DNA of 64,000 nucleotides from Zootoca vivipara (GCF_963506605.1 NC_083278.1:55304001-55368000), one strand, 5' to 3'. Positions 26,920-40,678 are shown, counted from the first letter of the stretch. Numbers and translations are program-made. The notes: a model not told the origin generated them from the letters alone.

Positions 26920-28309
26920 CTAAAGGAGAACATAAAGATAAACACAAATGTTTTATGGATTCCTCATGGCAGTTTACAAGCATTCTTTGTTACTCTTCCC
27001 CTCCTAGATTCCTGGTAGTTTGGTTTACACCTAAGGCACTTGCAGCCCATCTCCCCTTTTGGGTGGGGTTAAATCACTTACCAGCAATTTCAGGCTGTGC
27101 CATTATAGGAGACTGCGAGGTCTTGTGCAGCAAACCTGCTACTTCAAAAGATGTTACTTTTGTTTTTTAAATGTATTTTATTGATTTTCAAATGTAAAAC
27201 AACAATAGGAAAGAACAATTACTAATAAGCAACAATCAAGTCAGCATACAGAGCCTTGACAAGAAAAATGGAAGATTAGCAGAAAGTTCCATCACTTACA
27301 TTCTGATAAAAGTAATCAAATAAATACATAATTCCATAATGTTTCTTGTTACTATGTTCAAAGATATAACTTTTTGCGATAAGGAAAGTGGCAGGAAAAT
27401 GCACTGGAAAGTGTGGGCTAACGCTTGAACACATCATCCAATCCCCTGGCAAACAAATTGGGACGAATGTGCAATAAATAGGGCACCTAGAAGTACCCAT
27501 TAATATCAAGGTAAGTTAGAACACGAACAACTTTTTGAAACTTGCTAGTAGTCCATCTTCTTAGTTCTGAAAGTGTGAGAAAGTGCAAGCTTCCCTGACA
27601 TATTTTCTTCAGTGAAGCTAGTGTCTAGTTCAGAATCGGAACTATTTATCCACACAACCTGCTTCCAGTCTATTTCCTTTCTTCTCTTCATCATGGATGT
27701 AGGAACCAAATATTTTTAGCCAAAGTGCTGCATGTTTTCCTCAAGTTTGCTTGATTTCTGGTTTTTGGAATCTCAGTTCTATGGTATAAGAACATAAGAA
27801 GAGCTCTGCTTGATCAAGCCACAGGCCCATCTTGTCCAGCATCATGTTCTCACAATGGCAAAGCAGATGCACAATGAAGCCTGCAGTGCAAGCAGGACCA
27901 GGACCTGGGAAACCAGGGTTCCTCCCTTATGGCTTAAGAACTATTGACCCAGTAAGATAGAAGTGAAGCAAAAACAGATGCACCCACACATAGCAACGCA
28001 GTAACCTCCAACAGGGAATCAATCTCTAACTGCTGCTAAAGAGATGAGTGCTGATTGGAGTACGTAAAAAATGGTGGTAGGCAGGTGGGTGAAGGTGGGG
28101 GGGGGTGAATGACACGCCCCCCTAAGCCATTGTCTGCAGCACTGGTTTTATCACCTGTGATGTGTGTTATAAGCACTCCTCATCGTCAAAGGGCATTTTG
28201 TCTTGTATCTCAGAAGCTACATCCTGTTATTCAGTTTCTCTTGCCTTGTACTCTGCTGTGCTGAATGATCTCACAGTCTTTGTTAAGGCCTGATCAGTTA
28301 TGAACCGGC

Positions 28310-28461
28310 TACCTCCAAAGCTGGTGGTTTCTTCTTCACTGGAGGTTTTTAAGCAGGGGTTGGATTGCTATCTGTCTAGAATTCTTTAATTGTGATTCCT
28401 GCATTGCAGGATGCTAGATGACCCTTGGGTTCCTTCCAGCTTCACAATTCTATGATTCTAT
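28310..28461 (+). mobile_element. CR1 3' end fragment
   Basis: attctatgattctatg tail; an inverted CR1 tail fragment follows at 28646-28709 and another at 21372-21430. Confidence 0.7.
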
Positions 28462-28822
28462 GTGCCATTCAACACAGACAATCCTTGTCCATGCCACTTT
28501 GTCTGCTGGCAAACATTTTGGAATGGTATGCTCTGTGACAAGTGGTATCAATGGACTGAATAAATATTCTTGTCCGTTAATCATCTGCAGCATCTAAATA
28601 AGCTGATTCTCAGAAGATGCAACATGACAGGCTTCTGGGAAAGTTTCATAGAATCATAGAGTTGGAAGAGACCACAAGGGCCATCCAGTCCAACCCCCTG
28701 CCAAGCAGGTTTCTTAGCCAGGTGTGCAGTTAGGAATCACTTTTCACCTGAGGCTCAGCCAGGGCTCCAGCCAATTGCCCTCCTGTTACGGTAGGTTCCT
28801 TCTGTCCTCCCAAGTTGTAAGG

Positions 28823-28958
28823 CAGGCTTCCTCAACCTCGGCCCTCCAGATGTTTTGAGACTACAATTCCCATCATCCCCGACCACTGGTCCTGCTAGCT
28901 AGGGATCATGGAAGTTGTAGGCCAAAAACATCTGGAGGACCAAGGTTGAGGAAGCCTG
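28823..28958. mobile_element. 136-bp hairpin hAT MITE (end type CAGGCTTCCTCAACCT)
   Basis: palindromic; TSD ttgtaagg/ttgaaagg (7/8). Confidence 0.88.
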
Positions 28959-30289
28959 TTGAAAGGAGCTGTTAAGTCTCCAGGTCAACAGCTTTATCAT
29001 GTCTCAGCTGTTTCTTTTCTGCTTTCTCAGGCCAGAGAAGAGAAGCTGCTTGTCTTGCTTGCTGGCAGGCCCTGTTGACTGGTGCCCCAATTCTGCCTCT
29101 AAGCAGGTGAGAAACACAGGGTGCAGCAGGGAAGTCCCCTTGCAGACCTTCACATCAAGGCTAATTGGTAAGAAGGAGAGTTGAATCCCCTTTTCGAGGA
29201 CCCTGTAATTAACTGCACTTGTGCTGTGCTGCGGAGGGAGGAAATGAGGGAAGGCAGAACTGTGGATAAAGAGACTGAGCCCTGAACTTCTGTTTCCTCT
29301 TGCATTCTGTAATATACATGGGCACCTTTTCAGTATGTCCCTTTGGGTTAATAACTAAATTAATGTCCCCCCCTTCCAAAGGACAGTGTGAAAAATTTAA
29401 CAAACCACCCTAATTTTTTTTAAAAAAAAACAACCAACAAAATAGTTTGAGAAACTCAAGCTTCCTGACATCCTAGAAGGTACAGAGTTTTGAGTTATGA
29501 ACCTTCTTTAGCCTGTGAAAAGTAAGGAACCCAAACAACCCATTGCTAGTAGCAGGTAATACTCCATGCATCTCATGGCATATGTGTGGGTAGAAAGCTA
29601 CAGTATTTAGCAGCTACTCATATAAATGGACCATTTTTCTCTGTTCCATGTGGGTGATAGGAAACACAGCCACTGCTGTCCACAACATTCCAATTTCCTT
29701 TATGCTACCTGCAGCAGAAAGACACAAGCAATCTGGACTGAGCCTGCCCAGAAGTCCCTGCCTTCTTTCCCTAGAATGCAAGGGAAAATCTGGAATGTTC
29801 TTTGCAGACTGATCTCTCTGAGCTATTTCAAGAGTGGAAAGTAGGGAGAGGACTGGCAAGAGGCACGTGGTTTCAGTGGGTACCTGCACATGCCTAGAAA
29901 AGTGAAGAGTGGGCAGAGTTCAGTCTTGCAAGATTTATTTTGTTTCTTACTAGAACCCTGAGAGTCACCAGAAGCAGTCAGTTGCAAAAGAGTGCTGGAA
30001 TTTGTTTTGTGTGCCAGACCTGAGCTCCCAGTTGCCATGGTTAAACCACAGGGAGTCAGGAATCCTTGCTAATCTACTTCAAATCACCCAAAAGTCGATC
30101 AGGAAATCCTGAATTACCAATTCCTGGCATGGCAATGACTTAGAAGGCAATGACTTAGAAGGGAAATAACACCTTTTGCCACAAGTGAAGAGATTTGCAA
30201 ACAGCACTTCTTCAATGCAAGCAGAAGTTTCCAACTTGAGGGGAACTAATCTGGGTCAAGGGCAATGGTACTTATTGAAACTGAATGTT

Positions 30290-30572
30290 GTTGGTCTCAA
30301 GAGAGAATGGAGTGTGCTACTAGGGGTGAAGTCAAACTGCTATGTTAGAAGCACTGAAGTGACCTCCCTAGGGCGCAAGCCTGGGCAGTGTGTATGGAGG
30401 ATCTGAGCTACCCACACAACAAGAATCCCCTCCTGGCATCACTGATGTGGTCCAAAGGAAAGCAGAGCAATATGTTTGACACCAGCTTGGCTGCAGGGGT
30501 TGCCAGGAGGAGGTGCCACCCTTAGTTACTCCACTCAGGATTTGTGTATGGTTTACTCCTTAGCCTTTGCTT
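30290..30572 (-). mobile_element. Probable RTE-type LINE 5' fragment
   Basis: ggtttactccttagcc motif resembles squamate RTE 5' regions, from memory; not verified. Confidence 0.3.
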
Positions 30573-30735
30573 TTAAGGTGGCAAAGGTTCACACACTGTT
30601 CCCATTAACTCCTTTCTCCCATAATAATCAGCAGGCACAATAGGGGAAGGCAATGCCATGGAGTGGGAATTGTTTTCAGCTAGATGGCCACTTCCCCTTA
30701 TGGAAAACCTTATTGGGGTATAGGTTTTTTTAAAA

Positions 30736-31099
30736 AAAGGTAAACCAGTCACCAGTCACCAGTCAAAGGTGACTATGGGGTTGTGGTGCTCATCTTGCTT
30801 TCAGGCTGAGAGAGCCGGCGTTTGTCCACAGACAGCTTTCTAGGTCATGTGGCCAGCATGACTAAACCGCTTCTGGCACACCGTGACAGAAACCAGAACA
30901 CGCAAAAACGCTGTTTACCTTCCCGCCACAGTGGTACCTATTTATCTACTTGCACTGGCATGCTTTCATACTGCTAGGTTGGCAGGAGTTGGGACAGAGC
31001 AACAGGAGCTCACCCTGTTGTGGGGATTTGAACTGCTGACCTTCTGATTGTCAGGCCTAAAAGGCTTAGTGGTTTAGACCACAGCACCACCTGCGTCCC
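30736..31099 (-). mobile_element. Sauria SINE, more diverged copy
   Basis: same body as the other copies with more substitutions. Confidence 0.85.
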
Positions 31100-32621
31100 T
31101 GCTATTGGGGCCATATTCCAGTGGTGGTGGGGCAAATCAAAAGTGGTAGGCTGTATCAGAACATGACTCTTACTATTGTGTATTTCAGCATCGCAAAATC
31201 AGAGGTTTTGACACCACCCCCACCTTATTATATTTATGAAATATTTGGGACCTGAATTCCCCCTTTTTCCTCTTCACCTCTTTTTCTCTTTTGTATTCTG
31301 TCTATCACCCAAATGTTACTCCATTCTATATATGTGTTTATTTATAACCTGCAAAAATTTCCTACATGCATACATACTGCAGATATGTTTACAGAGCCTA
31401 TCAGAGATCCTGCCAATTCAGGAATGTCTATTAGACTGTATGCCATTATTTTACATTTTAAACTGCCTTGAGTGCAGAATTGACACATTGCACATTACCA
31501 CATGTGTGGTAAGCAAGTACAAATGACATTACTTATGGAAATGTAGCCCATCTTCTCAAGTGTGGTACAGAACGTCCTGGATCAAGCTATTCATTTCAGC
31601 CAAGAAACAAAGTAATTTGAGCCACCTGTAATCAAGTCATTTCCCTAGTGTTGCTGACAAGGCGTGTGATCAAGTGACTTTTAAGATAACCCCTCATTTC
31701 CAGTAATACGTTAGAGTCTCTGCAATGCATGTAAGAATCAAAAGCACATAGCTGGAGTAGATTATGCTATGCACTATATTTCATAGTGTATGCATAGAAA
31801 AAAAAATGTAATGCATTTCTCATTGTCATCATGCAAAATTTCCTGTGTTTTTCTGCACAAAGAAAGCATGAAATCCATCAAAGACATAAAGGTAATTAAG
31901 CAGAAATACTGATTCTTCCTTTCAACTGAAGAAAGATGTTCCATACTCATCTTAGAGGAAGCTGGAATAATGCAGTCTATTTACTAGGATCAAACAATGC
32001 CCCTGAAGGCTGGAATTAAAGAACTTAGATGCCTTTGAATCCACCTTTTTGAGATTGCTACTTTGTTCAATAAGAACTACATTTATATCCCTTTACAACC
32101 TCTTTCCTGATGTTTTAAAAAACAAATCCACATTAGCCACTGCTGTGATCACATCAAAGCAACCAAACAGTTAGTTCGATAGCTTTTCCCTCAGATTCTT
32201 CTAAAATGTTAAATGGGTGCAGGGTGGGAGTGAGAAATATATATTATGCTGGTTTCTTTTTATGAGATTTTCCTGTCATTAAGTCTTCCAGTAATATTTT
32301 ACTTTACGTGAAACATAACACTGTAAATTTTAGATAGTTTGTATACTACATGAGAGGAAACAAGTTGTGCCTTCTAGCACTGCATTATGACAGAATGATT
32401 GAGATTTTAAAACCCATTGTTTTAACTTGTTGTTTTTATTTGCAAACAGCAAGTTAAAACAATAGGCTTTAAAATATATTCATTTGAGTTTGAGAAGATG
32501 CACTTTTGCAACACAGGGATCTTTTAAGTAAAGCTAAAGATTATTTTTTTAAGTACTCATAGTGCAATTCTTCATGTTTACTCAGAAGTAACTTCCATTG
32601 AATTCAACCCTATATATAGTA

Positions 32622-32977
32622 AAGGTCAAGGTAAAGGGACCCCTGACCATTAGGTCCAGTCATGACGGACTCTGGGGTCGTGGCGCTCATCTCGCGTTAT
32701 TGGCCGAGGGAGCCGGTGTACAGCTTCCAGGTCATGTGGCCAGCATGACAAAGCCGCTTCTGGCGAACCAGAGCAGCACACAGAAACGCCGTTTACCTTC
32801 CCGCTGCAGCGGTACCTATTTATCTAATTGCACTTTGACGTGCTTTCGAACTGCTAGGTTGGCAGGAGCTGGGACCGAGCAACGGGAGCTCACCCTGGCG
32901 CGGGGATTCAAACCGCCGACCTTCTGATCGGCAAACCCTAGGCTCTGTGGTTTAACCCACAGTGCCACCCGCGTCCC
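32622..32977 (-). mobile_element. Sauria SINE
   Basis: full head and tail; TSD ccct(a/t)tatatagta. Confidence 0.9.
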
Positions 32978-35636
32978 TACCCCTTTATATAGTACCCTGA
33001 AGAAATACCAATCCTCAAAACTAGAGTGTAAAAAACTAAAGTTACCATCCAGTTTGCAGCTGCATAATGATGATTTACTCTCCTGTTTACATCCAGTATG
33101 CTCCCACCCCACATTTTGTACCGCCCCCCATCGGATACTCAAACTGGGAGTCGCAGGTATCAACCCACCCCCCAACATTATCTGATTCACTCCAAAATTT
33201 GGGTGTTTTGTAGTTAACAGAGGTTTCCAGTGATGCTCCTAAATCCTGCAAAGGGGCCCCATCTTTTATCGCCTAATAAAGCATTTACTGCTGCAGTGCT
33301 AGAGCTGCAGGGGTCCTCCTCCAAGTTCCCAGAACCAGAGTGGGTAGTAGCAGTGCAACTTGGACTGTCCCCATCAGCTCAAGGACAGTGGCCCTTTAAA
33401 CAAAAAGGGAAATCTCAGAAACCTTGACACCTGCATGGCTCAGGGGCTTCATGAACCCCAGCTGCTGTATATTGCATTTACTTTCCAATGCCAACACCTG
33501 CTGCTGTGTCTTCTGCAGCTTGTTCCTTGCCATTCCTCCACTCCTAGTTGTGTCTCTCCCTGTCTTTCTAGGAAATTGTCCCCCTGTGCTCAGTGGAGCT
33601 TATGTGACTGCAGCATCCACGAAGGCATCTTCCCAGTGAGTGAATGGATCGGGTTGAAACAAGCCATATCACCTGGACCTTCAGCCGCCTATGTACTAAC
33701 ATACCCAGAGGGAGCTCCCTTTGCGAAGGTGAGTACTGTACATATCTGGTAGCTGACTGCTTTTTGTTCAGGACATCCAGGTTTTGCAAATACCTACCCA
33801 ATAATTAGAAGAAGCAAGGGGCATAGATTTATCTCTCCACATGCAATAGTAAAACTTTAAATGTCAAGAGCTTTAAGCTATTTCTATCCTAGGCAAATCC
33901 TTTAAAAATCACTTCTGCTGTTTTTTTGATTTATTTCTCCCCTGATGGGTTTATGACACTTTCTGCTGTTTCTCATTTATCTGGCGGGTTTGAACTTTGC
34001 ATGCAGTGACAAAGCTTTGATGTAAGTCCCATCATTTTACAGGAAAGAGTAAGTTGACACCTCAGAAGCTTTTTATTTTAGAAAAAGAAACACCTTTTTG
34101 TTTGTCTTGCTTCCCAACTTCAGAATTAGCTGATATTAAACATCATTCTAAAGTAATGTATAAGTGAATTAACCCGCTTCTGCTCCTGGCCTGCATGTTC
34201 CCTTTGTCAAGATAGGGCCTATATTACGGATCCGGAAAGGTCTGACTAGTCTAATTTATACAAGCAGCTTGTTCAGGTTGCTCAGTTTCAGATGGATGAG
34301 AGGGCAGATGGAAACCAAGAGATGCATAGGAGTGGGGGCCAAGGGATAACATTATAGGACTCATAGAAAACATTAGTCATTTTGGAGCTGGGAGGTGTGG
34401 GCGAGGTGAGATAAGGAATCAGCAGAATGTGGGACAGTATTATGACATTTTGCAGCGATTTGTGACCTTTTGTTGTGGGATAACACCTTTCTTAAACCAA
34501 TGCATTCTTGAAACCATGCAAAGTTTGCCACCGCAGGACTGAAACTCTGCTGATCAATTATATTTTACAACCCCCTCCCCACACAAAACAGTTACTGAGC
34601 TAAGCAATAAATAGAAGAAACATCTGGTGTTTATTTTATTCTGTTGGAAAAGTTATTTGGCACATAGAGAAGTAAACATTTAATTCAATAAACTGTGTGG
34701 CCTGTTTTTATGACTCAAACCCTTGAGAAAACATTAGATGACATAATATGATATTTAATTAATTTCAAAATGGCCTTGGTTTTTCTTTTTTAAGCAAAAA
34801 TATTTTTTAATAACCTGAAAGAGGAACTTTTAAACATTCTCTGCAGGCCAGTTAATTATTTGTATTTCATGTCTTTTGAACTCAGTTGGAACTAGAACAA
34901 TTTTAATCTTCACGCTAACTGGATTATAAACCTTGCTCTCTGTTTTATTAAGCACACATTTTATTCTTGTACCTATTGGTCTTCATTCCAATAGTCTGGA
35001 GTCTGATTATTTGCCTGCAATGGACGCCATCAACCTGAACAATATTTATAAGTGTCTTTCTCTTCCCAGAGGACTTTTGTGGCTGCTCCTCTGTGTTTGT
35101 TTGTGTTTATTTTTAGATTAGTTTTACCTCCTATACCTGCCACTTTTTTCTTACTGCTGTTTAATTTTGTTGTTGATTGTTTAATTTTTGTTCTGTTAAA
35201 ACTGTTGTAAGCTGCCCTGAGCAGAGCAAATGAAAAGCAGGCCATATCACATAAATGCTAACAAGCATTTTTATGCAAATGACACCATTTTACATGAAAA
35301 CAACAACAAAAAGGTTAAAACCTCAATCAGCATTCTGTCACTAATTTTCACATTCAAGCCTGACAAGATATTAGGCATTCCACATGTTGTTAATAGTCAT
35401 TTGTATTTTTCAGGCATATGGATCTATGCAATATTCATAATTGTAACAGAAATAGTTTTATGTCTTGATAGGAAACTGTCCTGATTTTTCCTTCCTGACA
35501 GACAACCAAGGGGAAACTTTTTTCCCAAATAATTGGAATCTGATAGTGGAAAGCAATTGAGGTTTGTTTGGAGTTTTTTTGGGTACTGGTTGTTGCACAG
35601 ACATTTTATTTATTTCTCTTCTTGCATACCAGTTGT

Positions 35637-36070
35637 TGTTAGAGATTCATTCCCCGTGTTTGCATTCATGGGATTGTTGTCTATCACATGATGGTGTATG
35701 CTTTCATTCCACAGTGACAGAGACAGGATGTTTGTGTTACTGTGTTCCGTGAAGTGGGACTATTGTCCTTTGTTCATTCTCTTTGCTGTCTGATGCTAGA
35801 GAGAGGGAGCCATGTTGCAGTGCTCTGTGTGTAAATAAATATGTAAATAATATGTAGATTAGCCACATGCTGTGCTACTGAGTTCTAATACGCAATTGCG
35901 CAAACTCTGCGGATCCGTAAGTGTGCTGATGTCAGTTGGCATCAGTCGCTGTGATATTCGGGCTGGAAAAAGCTTTTGAAGCTCCCAAACGATTGACCAG
36001 GAGGGAGAAAACATGCCAGTTGGGCATGTGTCTCTGCCAGGGTCCTACTTGCGAGTAAGAGAGCCTAACA
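35637..36070 (+). mobile_element. Solo LTR (second copy)
   Basis: TGTTAG...CTAACA ends; TSD gttgt/gtttt (4/5); homologous to 13067-13539. Confidence 0.7.
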
Positions 36071-36076
36071 GTTTTC

Positions 36077-36120
<44 letters not shown>
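36077..36120. repeat. (AAT)n microsatellite
   Basis: direct reading; another at 27-53. Confidence 0.95.
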
Positions 36121-36121
<1 letters not shown>

Positions 36122-36601
36122 TAAAAAATGACATCCAGCCTGATTAAGAGTTCAGAGGTCTCTTCAGTATTTTGTGACCCTTTGATTGGCCCAATAAAGA
36201 TAGTGCCTTACTCGGGATTTTGGAAAAGTAAAAAACTGGATTACTTTTATCCAGACTGTTTGCAATGACAGACCTTGGGGTCTCAAATTTGGTGCCCCCT
36301 GCCTCTCCTGCTCCATTCTAAATAATAGTTGTGAAGTCCCCTGTGGTGTTCCCAAGGCTCTGCACCCAGTGCAACTAAACCAGTCGCGTGCCCCTAAATG
36401 TGCCTCTGCTTTTTGGCTCTTTGTCCCTGTGTATGCACCTAGGAAACCTTCATATTGTTGTTGTATTTTCTTAGCGAGTATGTGAATAGATGATAGAGAT
36501 AGATAGATAGATTAGATATGGTTTTGTGGGCAAGCCACTGCCTCTTTCATGTGAAATTACATGATGACCAAGTTTAAGGCCCAGTTTAAGAAGTAGATAA
36601 T

Positions 36602-36940
36602 CTGTGGGTTAAACCACAGAGCCTAGGGCTTGCTGATCAGAAGATCAGCGGTTCAAATCCCCGCGACGGGGTGAACTCCTGTTGCTCACTCCCAGCTCCT
36701 GCCCATCTAGCAGTTCGAAAGCACGTCAAAGTGCAAGTAGATAAATAGGTACCGCTACAGCGGGAAGGTAAACAGCGTTTCCGTGTGCTGCTCTGATTTG
36801 CCAGAAGTGGCTTTGTCATGCTGGCCACATGACCTGGAAGCTATACGCCGGCTCCCTCGGCCAATAACGCGAGATGAGTGCCGCAATCCTAGAGTTGGTC
36901 ACGACTGGACCTAATGGTCCGGGGTCCCTTTACCTTTACC
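36602..36940 (+). mobile_element. Sauria SINE, slightly 5'-truncated
   Basis: starts ctgtgggttaaacc; ends ccctttacctttacc; short TSD taatct. Confidence 0.9.
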
Positions 36941-37956
36941 TAATCTTATATAGTCCATTTTTACCAATGCTGTGTCTACATCTTCAAATCATATGTAATA
37001 TGAATTATTTAAATAAATGGCTCTGGGCAGCTCTACATTTCTCTAGGGAAAGATTACACTTTTTTGCTTCCCTGCCATTGGTTTAATTAACCCAGCAGAA
37101 AATTTAATTTACTTGCCCCCTGGAAATTTTTTATATTGTTATTTTAAAAAGGCATCTTTCTTCAGTGAAGAGATACTGAAACGTGTGTCCTAATCTCTCC
37201 AAAATCAATGAGCATACTATGTGCTTAGACTGCTAAATGTCAAAATTTATGAAAATATTCTAGAAGAGAAGATGTAGCAGAGTTTCAATTTATGTTAATC
37301 ACATTTACTTTTTTATTGTTAACTACGTTCAGTTGCTGATTAGAAAGGAACTAACAAATTATTATATTTGAGAAGCCTCATAGTTGCTTCTCTGACTTCC
37401 TCCTCTCTCTCTCCCACAAAGATATAATGGTGCTCAGGCCACAGTAATGGGCAGTAGGTTTCTTGGCCAGGTCTGTTGGTCCATCTCATTCCTGTGTTGT
37501 ATAATATGGGTGGGCAGAATGAAGGTTGGGATCTACTAGAAGTTGTGTGAGTGCTTTGCAGAGTAGATTGGCAAGGGTTTCTGACTCGTAATTATTTAAC
37601 AATAGATATAGCAAAATGGCTTTGTTTTGTTGCTTTTATTATGCTGCTGAAATGAAGACCAAGAGTCGTTTTTGCATCTGTTAAAGATTGGTGAGCATAG
37701 CTCAGTTCTAACACTGAAAACAAATTCTGGGGCTCAGAAAGTGTGCTCTTTGTTTCTAAAGGCATGTCTTTTTGCACCTGGTTATCTGGTTGGCAGATCT
37801 TAAGGGTTCTATTAAAAGAAAATAGAGCAGATCTGACAAGCTTTAAAGCCTGCTCCCCCCATTTTAAATCATAGAATAATGTAGAATGGGGGAGAGAAAT
37901 GTTACTCGTATGCTTCAAAAGTGAAATAATGCATATGTTTCTAAAATTACCTCATG

Positions 37957-38237
37957 CAGACACTCCAAGTGTGTCTATTTTCCAGGGACAGTCCCAGATT
38001 TACAGAAGCCATCCCAGTTTCTGATTTGATCCTGGAATATCTCGCCTTTCCTTAAGACGTCCCTATTTTCATCAGAGAAATGTTAGAGTAGGCTTCCTCA
38101 AACTCGGCCCTCCAGATGTTTTTAGCCTACAACTCCCATGACCCCTAGCTAGCAGGACCAGTGGCCAGGGATGATGGGAATTGTAGTCTGAAAACATCAG
38201 GAGGGCGAGTTTGAGGAAGCCTGTGTTAGAGGGTGTG
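37957..38237. mobile_element. Older MITE-like repeat with a nested 135-bp hairpin hAT MITE (38089-38223)
   Basis: inner MITE has exact TSD tgttagag; outer element has degenerate inverted ends and gtccc/gggac motifs. Confidence 0.75.
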
Positions 38238-39946
38238 GTAGTGGCATGGAATGTATGGAAAAATTCTTTTGAGAATCTCTTGTTTCCCTGCCTCTTCATG
38301 CTTTACATGAAAATACAGTATAAACCTCAACATATACTATTCAGCTTTAACCTGTGTTTGAAGACAAGGTCTTTTCCGCAGATTTTTTTAAAATAAAAAA
38401 CATACCATTACATTTTTTGGTCAGTGTTCATAGTAACTGAAGCAAACATGGGCTTCAAGATAGAACAGTGAGAAATTATATTAGAAAATATAGTTTCTGA
38501 GGCCATCTTTTTATTTTGATGTGGTTTGTGGTATTCTAAGTAGAGCATTCTGTAAAACATTACGGTCAGCGATGGTGAGTACTAAAATACAATATGGAAC
38601 GAACAGGGTATGATGTTAGTTTCCTCGCAATGGTGTCGTATATGCGTATTCAGTTTGATGCAGAAAGCACTGTTGGTTCCATAGCCTCTATTCTTTTTGT
38701 CTTAGTGATCTCCAACTTTGCACAGATAAGGAGGACCGCAGTTGGTGAGCAATCATTCTCCAATTGCTTTCCCCATAATAAATAAAGAACACCAAAAGCA
38801 ATGTTAGAGCAAGGCACACATGCACACAGATTACAGTAATGTTGCACAGATTGAAATTTAATGTCGAAGAGGTTGCCACCTCTCTCCTGTCCAACAGCTC
38901 CCTTATTTAAATGGCATGGGTGAAAGCAGAGACAGAGTGAAGGGAACAAAAATGTATGTGGAATAGCTGCTTCCCCATGACCAATTTGATGTGGCCTGCT
39001 GCAGACCCATTCTTAGTCTCCAGGCCACCCTTCTGAGAATTGCTTCCTATTTTATGTCATTTGTGCATGAAAGAAGGAGATGGGGCAGTGAGTGAGCGGG
39101 TGGCTTGGCTGCTCCACTGCGGGTGGGAAGCCTTGCAGTGATCCATAGGGCAGGGAAAGAGAAGAGAAGGCAGAAGAAGAGATAAGGCAGGTCAAATAGA
39201 CAAACCAAGAATGGCCTAAACTGTGGATGGCTAACCTTTTTTTGACCCATGATCAACACGTTGAAGGCAACATGTAAAAGTGGGCATGGCAAAAAAGGGA
39301 TGAATTTAGTGGGGTCTTGGAGGAAACACATCTTTTTATCTGGCTTCATGACATCACAGAAGGGGGCCCATGGGAGCAGTCAATTTTCATAAAATGACAA
39401 ATTTTGGTTGGGGTCTCAAGGGCCTACAAAATATTGCTTGTGATGGGCAGGCATGGCCTTCAGACTGTGGGTTAGCAACCTTAACGTAAACTATCATTGT
39501 TAGACACCTCTCCCACCCCAATAATCAGCGCTATAAAACCTAATGATCCCAATGATCTTTCGAAGGATGCACATTTCATTCCAAGTACTGAATGCAGAGA
39601 TCCAGACGTGGGAACTGTAAGCATACCGGTAGCAACTTTGGATGTTCCCAGTCCTTTTGTGCATTGCTTTTCCTAGATCTGGACCTTAATGAATTTTCTG
39701 ATTTAATGGCTCATCTGCATCATATACCTGAAGCTCTATGGTGGCACTTTAACAGTTCCTGGAGACAATCCTGGGCACTGTAGTCGGTTAGGGGTGATGG
39801 AATCTGTATCGTTGTGAGGTCAGCACCATTAGCAAACTACAATCCCCAGGATTCTCTTCACGACTTTTAAAGTAGTACAATCCTGCTTTAAATGTATGTC
39901 TCATTTCTTTAATGTCTCATATCTTGGAATACTTTGAAAGCAATAC

Positions 39947-39948
<2 letters not shown>

Positions 39949-39986
<38 letters not shown>
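39949..39986. repeat. (CA)n microsatellite
   Basis: direct reading. Confidence 0.95.
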
Positions 39987-39987
<1 letters not shown>

Positions 39988-40587
39988 GGCCAATGCTGAT
40001 GGCTAGGATTGGGGGTGGGGTAGTTTAGTAGGGCACATAGGTCTCTCTCTGTCTGCCTCCACCAGTAGAGAACAGCACTCTTGGTATGTCATGATGGAGG
40101 GTCCAGTTTTTCCTAGCATGTGGAAAGCCATGAAACAGGATTTTGGGGCGGGGGGGGCAGAAGCTTTAGATCCAATGGACCCAAAGCCCTGTGTATCCTT
40201 CACGGGACCCAATCCTTAGGCTCGTCAGTTACAACAGCAAACCTGTAAACGTAATCACATGCCCCCCCCCCAATGATACGAGCCCGGATACCTTGGAATG
40301 TGGCAATAGATCTGCACTCATCTGAGCCCCCAAGGTTGGATTGCTCTACCTTAATAGTTTATGTATGAATGCTGGCTACGTCAAAAGCCAGGGTCAGCCT
40401 CATCTGCAACCTCTTCTCTGTATCTGTCTTTAGTATGTACTACCGGTATAAGCGAACTTGCTAACGATGGCTGAATGTTATTCTCTTACAGCTCCTAGCT
40501 GTTCAAATGGTATCCAGACACAGAGCTAAAACCATAGTCACCACTACTTACACCCAGCCAGAAATATTTTCTTAGAACAAACCTCAC

Positions 40588-40678
40588 CTTCGTCATAAAA
40601 GCCAGACTGGATTTGCAGAATCCGAGGGAGAGAGTTTGGATCCAAGGAATGGATGAAATTCTTCAAGCTTGAGGCCAT
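40588..40678 (-). CDS. THEMIS: THEMIS coding exon 1: MASSLKNFIHSLDPNSLPRILQIQSGFYDE(G)
   Basis: 91 bp; ATG in strong Kozak context (ggACCATGG); donor GAAG|gtgagg; resembles mammalian [26 protein letters not shown]; missed by the ORF track. Confidence 0.93.

Noticed and set aside
32598-32927. Recurrent ORFs ending RTARLAGAGTEQRELT (also 4373, 9766, 36637)
   Set aside because: Antisense translations of Sauria SINE copies, not a gene family
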